Shown: positions 43,201 through 56,506 of the stretch, one piece after another
Position numbering within the stretch: position 1 is the stretch's first letter
Layout of the letters: each line of letters starts with the position of its first letter
Assembly (NCBI GenBank): GCA_002633005.1
Contig: NMRA01000132.1
Span: 248,001-312,000 of the forward strand
Reading direction: 5' to 3'
From: Phoronis australis
Taxonomy: Eukaryota; Animalia; Phoronida
Length of the DNA: 64,000 nt
Made by a program: the position numbers and the translations under genes
Notes under the pieces: model-generated
Told to the model about the DNA's origin: nothing
What the model saw: the letters and a program-made list of their open reading frames with translations, nothing else
The model's database searches: none

Positions 43201-46200
43201 AGCTGTGTTTACCTACACAGGCCAACTGGTACAGCTGTATCATTAAGAGCAAAGTTAACAACCATTTTCAATGACCTTGCATGAAAAGTGTGAGGTAATT
43301 TCAAAAGGCCTTCTGTGTGTGCGCAACACCTATGACTTATCGGTACATCCATCCGCAAAATTATAGGGCAATATGTGGACTACTTCTCCCCCTCCAAGCC
43401 CAAAATATCGCAGTGATGTTACTGATACCGATTTGTCATTCACCATTGAGCCAAAACAGAAAGTGGATCTTGAAATTCGTTTCCCTGCACTACAACTTGT
43501 TTTTAGCAATCTGGAGTGCCTTTTAGTAGCATGGTTGGAGTTCAGGTTCCTTGCAGGTTTTGATGTGTGGTAAGACTTATTGCAATGTGCGCCTGAGATA
43601 AGACTTGGCTTCCACCCCCTGATAAAGATCAAGAAATTTTCAATTTGGTATTACCTTCATTTTTTTTCTACAAGATACAATCAACACGCGAAAAGATTTT
43701 GTACCAAGGTAACACCAAAATAGCCGAGTTGAATCTGGTCTTTATGCAGAGTCATTTTGAGACCTGCGCTCATTGGCTAAGAAATGTCCGCCTATTTGAA
43801 TTTCATCCCATACCGTGAATGATACGCTTACAAGGAAGTCACACATTTCTAAAGAAATTTGTGAATTTTCACCGCTCGTCCTTCTGAGCGGCTTTTACCA
43901 GGATCAAAGAGAGCGCAGCGCCAGAATTGGATACATATACTTGTGATGACCGCATTGTCCAATCCCAGGTGAGAATTTTATACGCGTCAAAGGTGTAAAA
44001 AACGTGTAATATGTGTCAAAATTGCCACGCTAACTTATAAATAGTGTAAAAACAGGACACGCTTAAGCATGTCAAACGTGTAGTAATGTGCCACGCTAGC
44101 GTGTCAAAAGCGCCACTTTTGACAAGCAGCAATAAGTTACACACTCACCATGCATGAGTGTTCTAATTTACACGTTTGACACGCTGAGCCTGTTAAACGT
44201 GGAGTATTGGAACAAAAATGACACGTTTTTGCCACGTTTGGGCACGCCACGTTTTACACGCGTATCGCCACGTGTCAAACGTGGAGCATTGAAATGAAAA
44301 TTACCCGTTTTTGACACGTTCTTGACACGTTTGACACGCCACATTTTACACGTTTGACACGCCACGTTTTACACGTTTAACACGCCACGTTTTACACGTT
44401 TGACAAGCTTTTAGGGCGTTCCAATACTCCACGGTTTTAGAGCCTGTAAAACGTGTCAAATTCTCACCTGGAATGCAAGCAAGACTCAATTAAGTGTTAT
44501 TACCGGACAATAACATGTAGTAAACTTCTCTGCCTGCACAAAATGGCGAATTATCAAAATGCATTAACCAATAATTCTCGTTAAAAACGATCACCACTGT
44601 GGTATTCAGCAGGAAAAAACGATCACGTACCGTTTTCGATTTTTAAAAATCGATGAAATAATAACCTAAAAACTAAAAACATTAGGTACGATTGAAAATA
44701 AATGACCATGCCTATTGACATACTCGGAGAATTTACTCAAGCTGATCAGAGTTAACAATATCGTATGGGTTGTTCATTTAATATTCGTTCAATCTCGTTC
44801 AACCAGATTTTGACAAGTCAGCAGTTGTCCTTAACTTGTGTCATTTTTATTGACTGAAAAAAGCTAGAGTACAGTTATGTAGTCAGTGCCACCGAAATTG
44901 TCCAGAGATTGCAAATGTTCAGTTTGGCCATCCCCATATTTGCACTTTCGCAAATTTTTATGATTTGAATTCTAATAAAGATTTAACTTTAAATAATAAC
45001 ATGTGTAGTTTTATTTGCAGCGAAATGTTTAGTGTAGCTGTAATCTGGAAAGTTCAGGGATGGGTTCACAATTATCTAATCAAGTTTCGCTGGCAATCAA
45101 AATTTATCACTGTTTTGGTACTACCGTAGCTTAAAAATAAAATATAAAAATATCAATGCGTTCCCGATAAGATAAAAACAAGTAGACAGGAGTATTAAAA
45201 ATGAAATAACGAAAACAGGTATGGAACATTTTTAAAACCATCGAGTGTCTTTTTGTGAAGATAAACACAAATTAACTTCTTTTGGTCATTTTGTAATATT
45301 TAAAATGTACCAAATTAAAACTGCTCTTCACAGTTGCAGACAGTAACTCTGCATATGCCAGAGAAAACCAATTTAGGTGTACTAACAACCACCATTGTTG
45401 AGACAACAGTGCTAGCAATAACCTTTCCATTTCATTAGCTCACATTTACATCAATACAAAGTGAATGCTGAATAGGCACCATAAAATGATGAATATTTTG
45501 AGTCATCCACTTGAGCAAATAATATGAAAAAATAAGTCAATTACTGGACTTACGGGTTGAGTTAGCTACGTTGCATCCTCATCCTCATGGCTGGTACGGA
45601 CCATTCTTTCTCCATGGAGGATGTCCCTATTCTAGATAGGGAAGAAAACCGGTTCAGGCGAGGGTTAAGGAGGCATTATATGAAAGAGTGGAGAATCCCA
45701 GTTTAAAAAGACAAGGGGGCCTGAGATTTCTGTTACCAAACACTTGGGATAGGACGCAAAAGAGTATCCCGTGGAAACTGTACTATCGATCCCATGATGA
45801 GTCACGTGACACCTCAGTGGCCTGCCGAAGCCCCCGAGAAGAGGATGCAATGTAGCTAACTCAATCCGTAAGTCCAGTAATTGATACAAATTTTCATGTT
45901 AGACAGCTTTGTCTGGGGCAAAAGAAACCTGAGCTGTGACCAGTGTAAGCGAGAAATTCTTCACATGCAACTGGATTAATTATTTTTTTTGAAAAGCTAC
46001 CCAAAAGGGAAATACAAGTGTAAGTAATTCTCTAAATGCCATCAGAAGCAAAAAAAATTTTAAAAATCCATTTTTGCTGATTTCCGGTAATTTTCTTTTA
46101 TGAAAAAGTGAGCAACTGAAAACAATATTGCACCACTGACTAGTTTTCAAACAAAAAGAGATTTATTTTAATACACTCATTTCTGGCCTAACCAGCATAT

Positions 46201-49200
46201 TCATCTTACATGAAATAAGCAATACCGTAAGCAGTGTCATTGTGAGTTTGGGAAACGTGCAGTCACAGTGCTGCCATCTGTGGACCATTAAGCAATATTA
46301 AAGCGATGTGGATTTATTTACCTGTAAGAATGTCCATATTTCCTGTACCACGTCACCTGTCGTTCCACAAAACCCTGCCATGAATATACAAACCATTGAT
46401 AGCCATGCACTGTCGCATTCATTACGTTCATCAAAAACCAGTTAAATATGTTTAATAAACAGCATTCTCATACATGTACATAAAATACAATGTATTTAAT
46501 CATGTAGAACATTAGTGCATTCTACATCTTACAGATTCCCTAAATACACTCCACTTTGCAGTGAATAATGAGACACCAGCATATGAAGTTTTCACTTCTT
46601 TGTGGTCATCACCAACCGCACACTTTATGGATAACCAAATTGGGAGCTAAACACAAAATTTCTTAAATCACTATCTTCAGATTTACCATTCTGCTTTTTA
46701 TCCACGTAAGCCTGGAATGCATATACTCATCTGTAAATTAATTACTAGCAAATTTTTAGCTCACGCCACGTGAATGATTTGCTTTTCATAGTGGATGTCC
46801 AAATCAGTACAGGGCATTGGATAAAAAGCAAACCAGCACAATGTTAGCAGATGCAGTAATGGTAAAAGCAAAATTATGCTGATGTTTAAATAGTACAGTG
46901 CAAGACAAAAATAAAAAAGACAATATCCGTTTTCCCGTAACGATAGGTAAATTTGACAAAAGAAATTACTGGTAACAAGTATTACTGGGGGGAGCAAAAT
47001 TCTAATCCCAAAATGGCTTCGCCACCTAACTAATTTCCCTGTCAATTCCCCTTCGTCCTCAGTCATCAGGGGAGACTACTCTGAAGATGAATTCACTTTC
47101 AATGCATCAGTCATGATGGGAATCTCAGGTCATTTTGTTCGAATATTTTTGGCTTGCAGTGCAGCTTATAAAATGCACAACGCACTCAAAGATTAAGCTA
47201 CAATAAAAATTCTCAACTTTGAGACAATTGATAAAACTTTGAACACTGAAATTCAAGTCCAAATCAAATATTCTTGATTCTGAACATTGGGGCGTGGATC
47301 AGTTTGGTGTCCATTATATTTCGCAAAATTGGACATGGCGCTGTGAAAAACAGAGCCTCAAAACAGACTTGGCAGATACCAAATTACTATCGAAATAGCT
47401 GTCAACGCAACCATTTCATGTGCCTGCATAGTGTACAACATACAATAAAAGAATCCTTTAATTTGTCATTGATCACAATTCCTGAATTTGCAAGAACACC
47501 GGTTTTCCGCAGTAAAGGAAAGCAGATGAAGGAATTCATGGAACCTGACTTCTTTCACAGACTTAGATTTTGAATGGATTCTAATATATTTCAATAGCAA
47601 TATAATCCATCAAATTCGACCGACAATCGTTTTGCAGAAGACACGTTTTACTAATAGTTGTCATGGGTAAAGAACGAAGGTGGCGCTGTTCATTTTCAGG
47701 TTGAGTGGATTGGAGTACTTACCCTGTGCAGTACTTGCAAACTGAGCTCCAGGGGCCTCCCATTTTGAGAAATGCTTCTGCATTCAAAATTCTTTGGGGC
47801 TTTTTTTGGAAAACAGAGTCTTTGAAAAACTGGCATTGTCAAGTGTATGTGTCTTGACTACGAGCCTCTGTTAGCTACTCGCTAACGGGCAATTGCTTAT
47901 TAGCTGAATGGTTAGCACGCTTACTGGTTATATGGGGGTCGCTCATTCGACTCCGGGGTCGGGTAATCTCTACTACTACAAATGGTGTAGTCGGTAAGCT
48001 AATATAATTTTCTATAATTTGAAATACTAACCAGGGTTCATTTTCTTTGACAGTCAAACTGCTACGAGAAGTGTGGCGACACTTTAACAAGCAAGTATAA
48101 ATACACAGCCCTTTTTAAAGACGTAATGACAAAATAAATGGCATTTTGCAAAATTATCTACACGTGCTCTAAAAATGCATACAAAGTCTTTTAACACTTT
48201 TAAAGATGAATACTTAAAACTATTCATCTTAAAAAGATTTTAAAATATAACACCAACCTTAGTAAACATAGAAAGCCAACCACAGCCAACAACAGGATAA
48301 ACCGTTGGTCCAGGTAAACCGAGGTAGTCTAGCTTCTTGTTAATGTACACAAAATACCTGAAATAGAAGAAGTTATTCACTTACTCTTTAAACAAATCAA
48401 AACCCTGAATACAGTCCTATCACCAACTATATATAATGCGAGCCATCCATTTCTGCAGCTGCTTTGACTGTAAGGAGATATTTCAATTGGGGCCAGCAGC
48501 AGTTTATGATGGTTGAGATTCTGCAACATTCTGCAGATACTTGAAATCCTGCTTAATCTGCAAGATTAAGAGGAAGTGAGTGTTGCGTGAAATTGGAATT
48601 TTAAGATCACTTGCGTGATCTTGAGATTAAGCAAACTGCCAAACTCCGTGCGTGAACTTGGAATATTGCGTGAACTTCAGTGGAATTAAGAGGCTGCCCT
48701 GTCATAGGGGGTTTGGACTGAAATCATCCGGAAGGCTGCGGTGAGAAGAGAGTTCGAAAAAGAGGTCAGCTCATGGATTACACTGGTTAATACGGAGGGA
48801 ATTGAGTGAAAAAGTCACCAGTGGACTGCAATGTGTTCTCTCAGAGATGTACAGGGCATTCAAGGTCATAGCCACGGCGTCACGGCTACAGTGCATGGCC
48901 TTTTGAGTCACGGGCTTATTATTTTCTGTGTTGTACTGTTGTTGTCGTAATCCAATATTAAAACAAAACCTGGTGTTTGAAATTAGTGCCTGGTTGATTA
49001 TTTGATGAAGTGAAATGTTTCATTTAAGTATTATCTCGAAGGAGTAAAGGAACTCTAAGCAGCTGCGTTATCATTAGATATCTTTGACTTTGTAAAGGTC
49101 TACTACTCTTACTTAAACTTGGAATAATTCAATTTCTTCTGTAGTAAAGATCGTCTGGTAAGCCAAACATCACCTGAATGGTTGCAAAGCATTGTAAATG

Positions 49201-51975
49201 CGTTTTCTATTACTTTTAAAACGCCTCTGAATGCTTTCACACTTGTTTTCTATCCAATTCCAAGTTTAAACAAGCCATGCTTTAACTTGGAGTAATTGGA
49301 TTTCTGCTTTACAAAAAATCACTTGGATACCACACATTCTCCTACGAGTTGCAATACATTGTAAATGCATTTTCTATAACTTTTGGAACACCTTTGAATG
49401 CATTTGTACTTGTTCTCTGTCTAGTCCCAAGTTTAAGCAAGCCACGCCCTTGCTTAAACTGTGGAATAATTGGATTTCTGCTTTACAAAAATTCTCGTGG
49501 TGAGCTAAACGTTCTCTGGCTGGTTACAATATTTTGTAAGCACATTTTTTTTCTTATCGTGAGACATTAACACGTTAGCTTTCTTCCGAATTCCAAGTTT
49601 AAGCAGGCCACGCCACTGCTCCAACTTGGAATAATTCTATGTTCGCTTTACAAACCTTAGATACATGTCCTGAAACAAGCACTCTCTGATAGATTACGAG
49701 ACATTATGAGCAATGTTTTGTGTCCTTGTAAATTGTCGGCGATTAAGTTTTACCCAATTCCAAGTTTAAAAGATGACTGTAGTAAAAATAGTGCAGCTGT
49801 AAACCAGTTCTAACGTACAAATAAAACTCACATTTGCCCAATTGCGCGCCAAACAAAAGCTGATTCACATTCATTGTAAAAACACTGGTCCTGACAACAA
49901 TCTCTGATTGGCTGATATGTCAGGGGGTGAAAGGGCATCGACTGCTTATCACATATTGCTGCTCCATGCTGTGGCATTGACTTGATAGAGTTTACATCGC
50001 ATTTTGTCATTGCTCGAATTTCTGACCAAGTGGACCTTTTGCTAACAGAAAAGTTGGAGGACTAAAAAAGACGGGGTACCACTTTCAGCACGTAATACTG
50101 TGAACTGTGCGTCTGCGCCAATTTAGTGAACTTTTGTCTCGTTTCCACGGACTGTTTGTTTCTCTGAGGCGGACCTTTTTGCCCACTTCGCCAAATGGGG
50201 GGCTCGTTCGAGCCCCCTGGGTGCGCGCATGAAATCTCACCACCATTTACTGATTTTTGACGTGAAACTGGGCATTTTGGTTTAACACTATGAAAACATT
50301 TGAAATTATTTTCGTTGCTTTTATGAACTATATTTTATCAATTACAGTTATTACCTTGTTCATTTTTCCGGTCATCTCTATTAATTTCAGATATCGGAGT
50401 TTCATTGACATCTTTGACTCCTCCCTTCATTAAATAGGAGGCATATGTCTTCTAACTTTCTTCCGTCTGGGACATCTACGCTTATTAACTCTGAGAAGAA
50501 GCTGATAAGTGTCCCAGATGAGTCTTTCATCAGGATTTCCATAGGCCTCACTTTCCCTTTCCTAAACAGTGCTGCTGTGACGTCACACCCTGTCATTGTA
50601 TGCAATTTTCAGGCAATGCTGCAGCGAGACCCCTTGTTACCGAAACGCATCGTTGTTTATATATTTATTTAAATAGCATTGGGACTCCACCGCGTGGCTG
50701 CGCACCAAATTAGGGGTGATTTGTATTTTATCACGGAAGACATTATGTCGGCCATCGACAAATGACTCCGCGAAACTAAAACATTGCAAACACTATACAC
50801 TACACTGAATNAATCAGTTTAAGCCGATACCTTGAAAATCAAACTGTCTCAAAAATGGCAAACCGTGGTTGAGAGTTTTGAGGGTTTCTGCCAGGCACAA
50901 TCCAGAGTGTATTTTGTCTGCCGGTCATAGGGCATTTAGTGACCTGTGGCATGCATTGAATCTCATGTAATTGTTTTTTTTGTGGTATCTCGAATGTATG
51001 TGCTAGTTCATTTTTGGGGGATCTTTTTTGGTTTCTGCCGGACCCATTCCAGAGTGCAGTTTGTCTATCATGGGTCATTCAATGTTCAGTGCGGTACTAT
51101 TGTTCGTTTTAAATAAGTTTTCGCCGGTACCTCGAAAATCTAGTCTAGATCAAATTTTGATGGCATACCGTGGTTGAGATTTTTGGGGGTTTCTGCCGGG
51201 CACAATCCAGAGTGTACATCAGACGGTATTTTGTCTGTCATAGGAGTTTTAGTGATCTGTGACATGTATTGAATCACATGGAATTGGTTTTGTGTGGTAC
51301 CTCGAATGTATGTGCTAGCTCATTTTTGGGGGGTCCTTTTTGGGTTTCTGCCGGACCCATTCCAGAGTGCAATTTGTCTGTCATGGGTCATTCGGTGTTC
51401 AGTGCGGTACTATTGTTCGTTTTAAATCAGTTTTGGTTGGTACCTCGAATATCTAGTCTAGCTCATTTTTGGGCTCCTTGTAAGGCCCCCAGGGGTCACA
51501 CCCAGAGTGCAGACAACGGCAGACGTCCATTTCTGTACATACTGAGGTGGACTTTAAACTTTGCTTGCGTGGTCAGATGTTGGTACCTCGTTCATCTATG
51601 CTAAGTGCTCTGGGCTGCCGGTCTACGTCAACTGCCTACATTCATTCTGTCTCTGGGTCCGTATCCTAGCTCTAAGTTATTCTTCACCTCTTGCTATTGC
51701 AAAGGTCCCAGGTTGCCAGTCATTTCAGCCCCTCGACCACCATTCGACTGATGGCGAAAATCTTAACAGCTGCACGCTAGATGTCACAAATGCTTGCTTA
51801 ATCTCAAGATCACTTGCGTGAACTTGGAATAAAAGTTTATTCCAAGTTCACGCAAGATTCCAAGTTCACGCATGACAGTACCACATACAGTGACGCATAC
51901 TTACAGATACAGCGTAAACAAAATTGCAACGGAATACAGGATCCAAGATGGCACATCAAATCCAAGAACCTCCAT
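31258..51975 (-). CDS. Cytochrome P450, clan 3 (CYP3A-like), gene B; 14 coding exons, 502 aa
   Basis: Exons in transcription order: 51975-51905, 48357-48258, 46374-46322, 42152-42056, 40876-40754, 40018-39930, 39287-39133, 38307-38195, 37412-37331, 36245-36088, 35385-35297, 32746-32609, 32171-32009, 31335-31258. Exons 1-13 are the same lengths as in gene A; 1509 nt open frame. Motifs WKHVR, AGFENIAS, ETLR, DPERF, FGLGPRNCIG. Confidence 0.95.
31883..31962. repeat. Short tandem repeat, ~26-29 bp x3 (TTCCTAACACTCAGA core)
   Basis: Three direct copies in intron 13 of gene B. Confidence 0.7.
32507..32605 (-). mobile_element. 99-bp insertion, probably a truncated Penelope-like element fragment, with 10-bp TSD
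   Basis: TACCTTTCTG duplicated at 32497-32506 and 32606-32615; absent from genes A and C; contains a hammerhead core. Confidence 0.75.
32538..32592 (-). ncRNA. Type I minimal hammerhead ribozyme-like motif (stem I weak)
   Basis: Minus strand reads CTGATGA-T-GGTGTT tgaataaat GACACC-GAAA-CAT gtc ATG-TC. Core nucleotides, stem II and stem III are intact; GUC triplet at 32545-32543. Stem I pairs poorly. Confidence 0.6.
33010..34226. mobile_element. Helentron-associated (DINE-1/HINE-like) non-autonomous element in intron 11 of gene B
   Basis: Begins ACAAGAG followed by the hairpin CAACGCCGAGCGTTG; internal repeated units; GGAC-type microsatellite near 34150-34185; terminal hairpin ATGCG...CGCAT. 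Inserted in an A-run with no TSD (empty site GCTTGCGGAAAAAAGTG in gene C at 61026). Confidence 0.75.
43964..44472. mobile_element. MITE with CCCAGGTGAGAATTT TIRs and 2-bp TSD (EnSpm/CACTA-like)
   Basis: CCCAGGTGAGAATTT / AAATTCTCACCTGGA flanked by AT; many internal ACACGTTT/AAACGTGT subterminal repeats in both orientations. Confidence 0.75.
44740..45445. repeat. Dispersed repeat, inverted copy at 52487-53085
   Basis: For example CCATTGTTGAGACAACAGTGCTAGCAATAACCTTTCCA versus TGGAAAGGTAATTGCTAGCATTACTGTCTCAACAATGG; colinear over ~600 bp. Confidence 0.7.
45537..45884. mobile_element. MITE with 44-bp TIRs
   Basis: TCAATTACTGGACTTACGGGTTGAGTTAGCTACGTTGCATCCTC pairs with 45841-45884 with 2 mismatches. 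Confidence 0.8.
47895..47965 (+). repeat. Degenerate tRNA-derived SINE head
   Basis: A-box-like TAGCTGAATGGTTAG and B-box-like ATTCGACTCC at tRNA spacing; no convincing cloverleaf. Confidence 0.4.
49105..49770. repeat. Tandem array of ~168-bp units (about 4 copies), each with a hairpin
   Basis: CATTGTAAATGC at 49190 and 49358; CCAAGTTTAA at ~49260, 49427, 49593 and 49760, the first three followed by a roughly complementary AACT(G)TGG arm. Confidence 0.75.
50402..50640 (-). mobile_element. Academ-like transposase fragment (XPG/H3TH-type GCD motif)
   Basis: HTMTGCDVTAALFRKGKVRP resembles the HAxTGCDxxSxFxxKGK motif of Academ transposases; isolated and broken. Confidence 0.55.
50855..51470. 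repeat. Tandem duplication of a ~305-bp unit with internal sub-repeat
   Basis: ACCGTGGTTGAGA at ~50861 and ~51166; GGTTTCTGCC...CCAGAGTG occurs four times. Confidence 0.8.
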
Positions 51976-52059
51976 TATATTCCTTTGGTCGCGCTCGATC
52001 CTGGTTTAGGTGGTCTTTGGTTAAGGCTCTGCGTTGCCCTCACGATGCGCCACTAGTTG

Positions 52060-52290
52060 TTTGCAAACTATCGTTATCTGCTCGTTCACCTTTTTATAAT
52101 AGTTGATCTCGCAGGCGCTTGAGTTCATTTGTTCCCGGATCACCGCTGACGTCACTCGCTCCTAATAAAACACGTTTCTTCTTTGGTTATGAGTCATCGA
52201 GAAATTCGCCTTCTTCTAGTCATCGACAACTATGGTATATGACTCTCAGTACTTCATACGTGGAACTTATCAGACCTAGTTGACTCATAA
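52060..52290 (-). promoter_or_regulatory. Probable core and proximal promoter of gene B (TATA box, initiator-like site, CRE, AP-1 motifs)
   Basis: TATAAAAA at 52098-52091 with TAGTT ~30 nt downstream and the ATG at 51975; TGACGTCA at 52147-52154; TGAGTCA at 52190-52196; TGACTCA at 52281-52287. Motif matches only. Confidence 0.55.
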
Positions 52291-53460
52291 CGGCCGGTGC
52301 GCAGCCTCAGTAAGAACTCCGTACATGGAACTTTGACCGTCTACTCGATAACGATGCACAGGGTCTGGTCAGTCATTACATGCGAAGAATTCCTTATTTA
52401 CACTCAGACCGCTCTGATAGTCCCTAAGCCCCGCCAGACAATTTTTACGATTCTTATATATTCAGCACGCCCTTTGTATTGAAGTAGATCTGAGCTAATG
52501 AATTGGAAAGGTAATTGCTAGCATTACTGTCTCAACAATGGTTGTTGTTCCGAGTACCCCCAATTTGGTTCTCTCTGACATTTGCAGAGTTATAGCCTGC
52601 AACTCTGGAGAGTAGTTTTAACTTTGTACATTATTAATATTACAAAATGACTAAAAAGGTTAACTTGTGTTTATCTTCCCAAAGGACCCGTGACTTCCCA
52701 AAGGAAAGACAAGTTTCATAGGTTTATTTAATTTTTAATGCTTCTGCCCACTTGTTCTTTTTTCTTACAGGAACGTGTTGATAACTTTTTATCTAAGTTT
52801 GAACTTGAAGTACCAAAACAGTGGTACGTCGCCAGCTAAACTTAATTATTTAAGTTAATTGTGAGCCCATCCCTAAACTTACCACATTACAAGTAGGCCT
52901 ACAGTAAACACTTCACGTGTCATTAAAGTTTAATCTTTATTAGAACTCAAACCATAAAATATATACAAAAGATCAGTAATAAAAAATGAAAAGTGGGCAC
53001 AACAACTGTTTCCTGGTCAGAAATCTGGTTAAACGAGATTGAAAGAATATTAAAAAATGAATTCATGTGATGTTGTTAACTCTGATGCGTAGACAGATGT
53101 TCCAGCTAAAGATTTGCTACTGACGTGACTTATAAGATGTGCACAAATATGGTTTTCGAAACTTATGAGCCCAGTTCATGAGACGAAATCGAGAAACGTT
53201 TTAAATCATCTTAAGAAAAACTCCAGAGACACGTTAACTACACAAACTCGCCAGGACGCATGGAGAAATTTCACTATTTGGCTACAAAAATAAACAGTTC
53301 TTTTACACCTCCACCGGTCGTTAGCGCTGGCTACATGTTACTGGGCTAGGTGACGAGCAGAACTACCCTGTGCGAAATCCGGGGTCTAACGGACTTCAAT
53401 ACACAGTGGTAGCTAGCTGCATTCACATGCGTGGCTGCATTTTGACAATAACTCGTGTAG

Positions 53461-53698
53461 CATGCACGCACCCATGGGGGCTCGGACTACCCCCCCCCCC
53501 NNNNNNNNNNNNNNNNNNATTTGGCGAATTGGGCAAAAAGATCCGCCTGAGGCAAAAGTCCTTTAAATAACCACAAACGCGCAATTCACAGTGGTGCCCC
53601 CGTTTTCGTTTTTTTAAGTCCATCCGCTTTTTTGTTACCAAAAGGTCCACAACGTCAGGAATTCGAGCCCCCCCAATTGAAGGCTGGGTGCGCGCATG
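53461..53698. mobile_element. MITE with CATGC(A/G)CGCACCCA TIRs and 5-bp TSD
   Basis: TSD TGTAG at 53456-53460 and 53699-53703; a lone related end lies at ~50208-50231; contains an N-run. Confidence 0.8.
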
Positions 53699-56506
53699 TG
53701 TAGCTAACTGACTAGCTAAGAGACCAACTGATGGATCGCATATCTCCTGGAGCTGACTTCAGCAAGCTTAGGAGCTTCGTTGTTTTTGTTTCGAGGTGAT
53801 GTCGTAGGCGCCCGAAAGCCTGATACTGGAGTTGCAGCAACCTAATGTACAGTACGCAAAGTGGGCCATCTTCTTGTGCTTCGCTAAGCACTCAAACTTC
53901 TGCGACATTTTCTGCACGAACAGAAACCGAGTCCCGCAAAGGTAAAGGCGTGTGAGCACATTCTCATCGGCCACTCATGCACAGAAAGACCTCAACTGAC
54001 CAATCAAGAAAGAGAAAGTGGATACGGCAATTTCAATCAATCAATCAATCAAATCTACTTTAGTGACAATAAGAAAAGAAAAAATATCAGAACAGGACTC
54101 TCAATAACTGTTACTTAAGTCGTAAATAATAAGTTTTCATCATCAAAGGAAAATTCATAAACAAAATCTGAGTAAACGGACTGATAGTCTCCGCTTACTA
54201 CGTACAAAATTCATATTCATGCGAACTGAATTATTTTCATCATAAACCTCGAAGACACAGTTTTATTATTTCTTGGACCAAGTCTCTCGATATGGTCCCA
54301 GAATAAGCTACCTGCGGATTTTCAGTATTGAGATTTCCGATCTTTTCCATTAAGCTTTTGTTATAAGTTTTCTCAGTTTTTCTTCAAGATTTGTCAAAAT
54401 TGTTTTGGGCAGTTTTAAACAGTCACTATGTTACTTTGTAATGTTACAGAAACAACACTTATGCACTGCTAAACTTCAAGGAGTTTATCGAGTCGTTTCC
54501 ATCAGATGACTGGAGTTAAACATTAACACAATTTATCTTAGTGTTACCGAACCGAACCTTTACTACCGTTTACAAAATTTTACACCTGTTGTGCACGCGC
54601 ATACATCAAGTTGCAGTTTGCTTTTCTTTAGTCCTTTTAGCAATGCCTAGGATTAAAAAAAATATTTGCAAATATCAAATGCAGGCAGCTAGTAATGAAT
54701 TTCGTGATTAAGGTGAAATTAGCCATCTGGTCTAGAAGCAAGGAGACTGTTCGTTTAATGTATACACTTCAGTAGTGGTACATGGTACATCTGCATTACA
54801 TTACTTGGTTTTGCTTTAAATTTCTCCATTTCTTGTTTTGTGTAAACAAGGTAACGTGTAAAACGCTTGTTCACACAGAGTATCTCATGATGGTACTTCT
54901 AAATCAATTTATAGCTAGAGGCAAATCTTTGTTTTCAAGTAATTCTTTATTTCAGTCATTAAATTAAAGGTCAATTATAAATTATTGCTAGCTGACGAGG
55001 CAGAAGGAATGCAACGAAATTATAATTACTTGCATGCCAAAATAAAATATCCATTGACAAACAGAATTTGATTCCATCTTAAAACAGCCTTCAACAAAAC
55101 AGCCCTCAACAACAAAGCCAGTAAGTAAATATTCAAACTATGTTGGCTATCCATTCCTATAAATCATTCAAAACACACAAGCATATTAGGATACTTAACC
55201 ATGTATCAGGGATTACCTCCATAATGGGTTCTGCCATCTACTATAACTGCACAATTTGTGCCTCCCAAAGCATTACTTACAGTTAAAATAACAGTCACAA
55301 ATGCAAGTTTTCTTTAATTTTCAACCCATACACCAACATTGTTCTGAATGCAGACTATTTACAAAACATTTTATGGTAATAACTGTGGTGCAGAACCTGA
55401 AGGTGCTAAAGCACTGAATTAACACTGCATACCTTCATGAAAAATGTGTAATTATGTTTCACCTGTCTACCATATTGTATCTTAAACTGGTAATATCATA
55501 CTATAGGCAACACATTTCCTCATGTCACAAAGTGGTTCCTGCTATTCAAGGACAGTGGTCTTTCCACACAGTGGTCAATGAAACCATCATTTAATCAGAC
55601 AGACTGGGTTTTTCGTTTTGGCTCCAAATTTTGACTCGAGCAACTCAGCATTGTTATCATAGTAAGAAAGCTGGCGTATTAGTGCACATAGCTTATAACA
55701 GGGTTTTGTGTCCCTCAGAAATTCTATTGCAATTATTACCAACATGATCAATGTGGTCTAGACAGAAATTCACAACTCGAAATATAGAACATTCAACTAT
55801 AATGCTGCACATAGACTATAATTCCAAACGCCTTCTGCAGTAGACTAATATCTCCCCTTACGCTATTATTGAACATCATTGGGATACTTGATGGTTTTAG
55901 CATCTCAATGGAGACAAGTTGGGTGATCACTGAATGCAGCCTCTTTTGAATGACGCATTGCAATGGAGTGGATCTAGGATAATGACCAGGGAGTCCGCCA
56001 GGACACAAACTCACACCAGATTCCCGTTGCAGCAATGAAAGTGACCACCACCAAGGATTAGACACCCTGTACCACCTTCTGAATCCACTTCTCATATCCC
56101 AATTGATATTGAGATGAGAAGCATAAATTTCAGAGAACCCTAAGACAATTAAGGACGACAGGTGTAAAATAATACTTCAAAAACTGACCTCTTGACCAGC
56201 AACAGAAATGCCAAAAGATGGCACTGCTGGGCAGCTGAACTTGGGATACACAGTGACATAAGAAAATAAGCATATGGTACAAAGAAACAAAATCTTTTTC
56301 AAGCTTTACCTAGAACTTAATCAAATTTTCTTGATTAGCAGACAAACGCCTGGTTTGATATCAAAATCACACATGTCTGCTTCTGATCACGCTTTCATAC
56401 AAACTTCATTTAAATTTGAACAATTGGCACTTAGTTCCAGTGACTTTCAATAATCAACAGCTAGAATTATGAAAATTATGGACCACATACAAGCTGTTCA
56501 CTGAAC

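Larger units (their letters stand above)
48583..51873. mobile_element. Putative ~3.3-kb composite inverted-repeat element filling intron 1 of gene B
   Basis: The ends share inverted TTGCGTGAA(A/C)TTGGAAT and an exact 19-bp TGCTTAATCTCAAGATCAC. Encloses tandem arrays and a transposase fragment. No counterpart in intron 1 of gene A. Confidence 0.5.

Noticed and set aside
53768-53974. THAP-like N-terminus (MAHFAYCTLGCCNSSIR)
   Set aside because: Only the first Cys pair is visible; no downstream FP, W or CxxHF motif, so it is unsupported.
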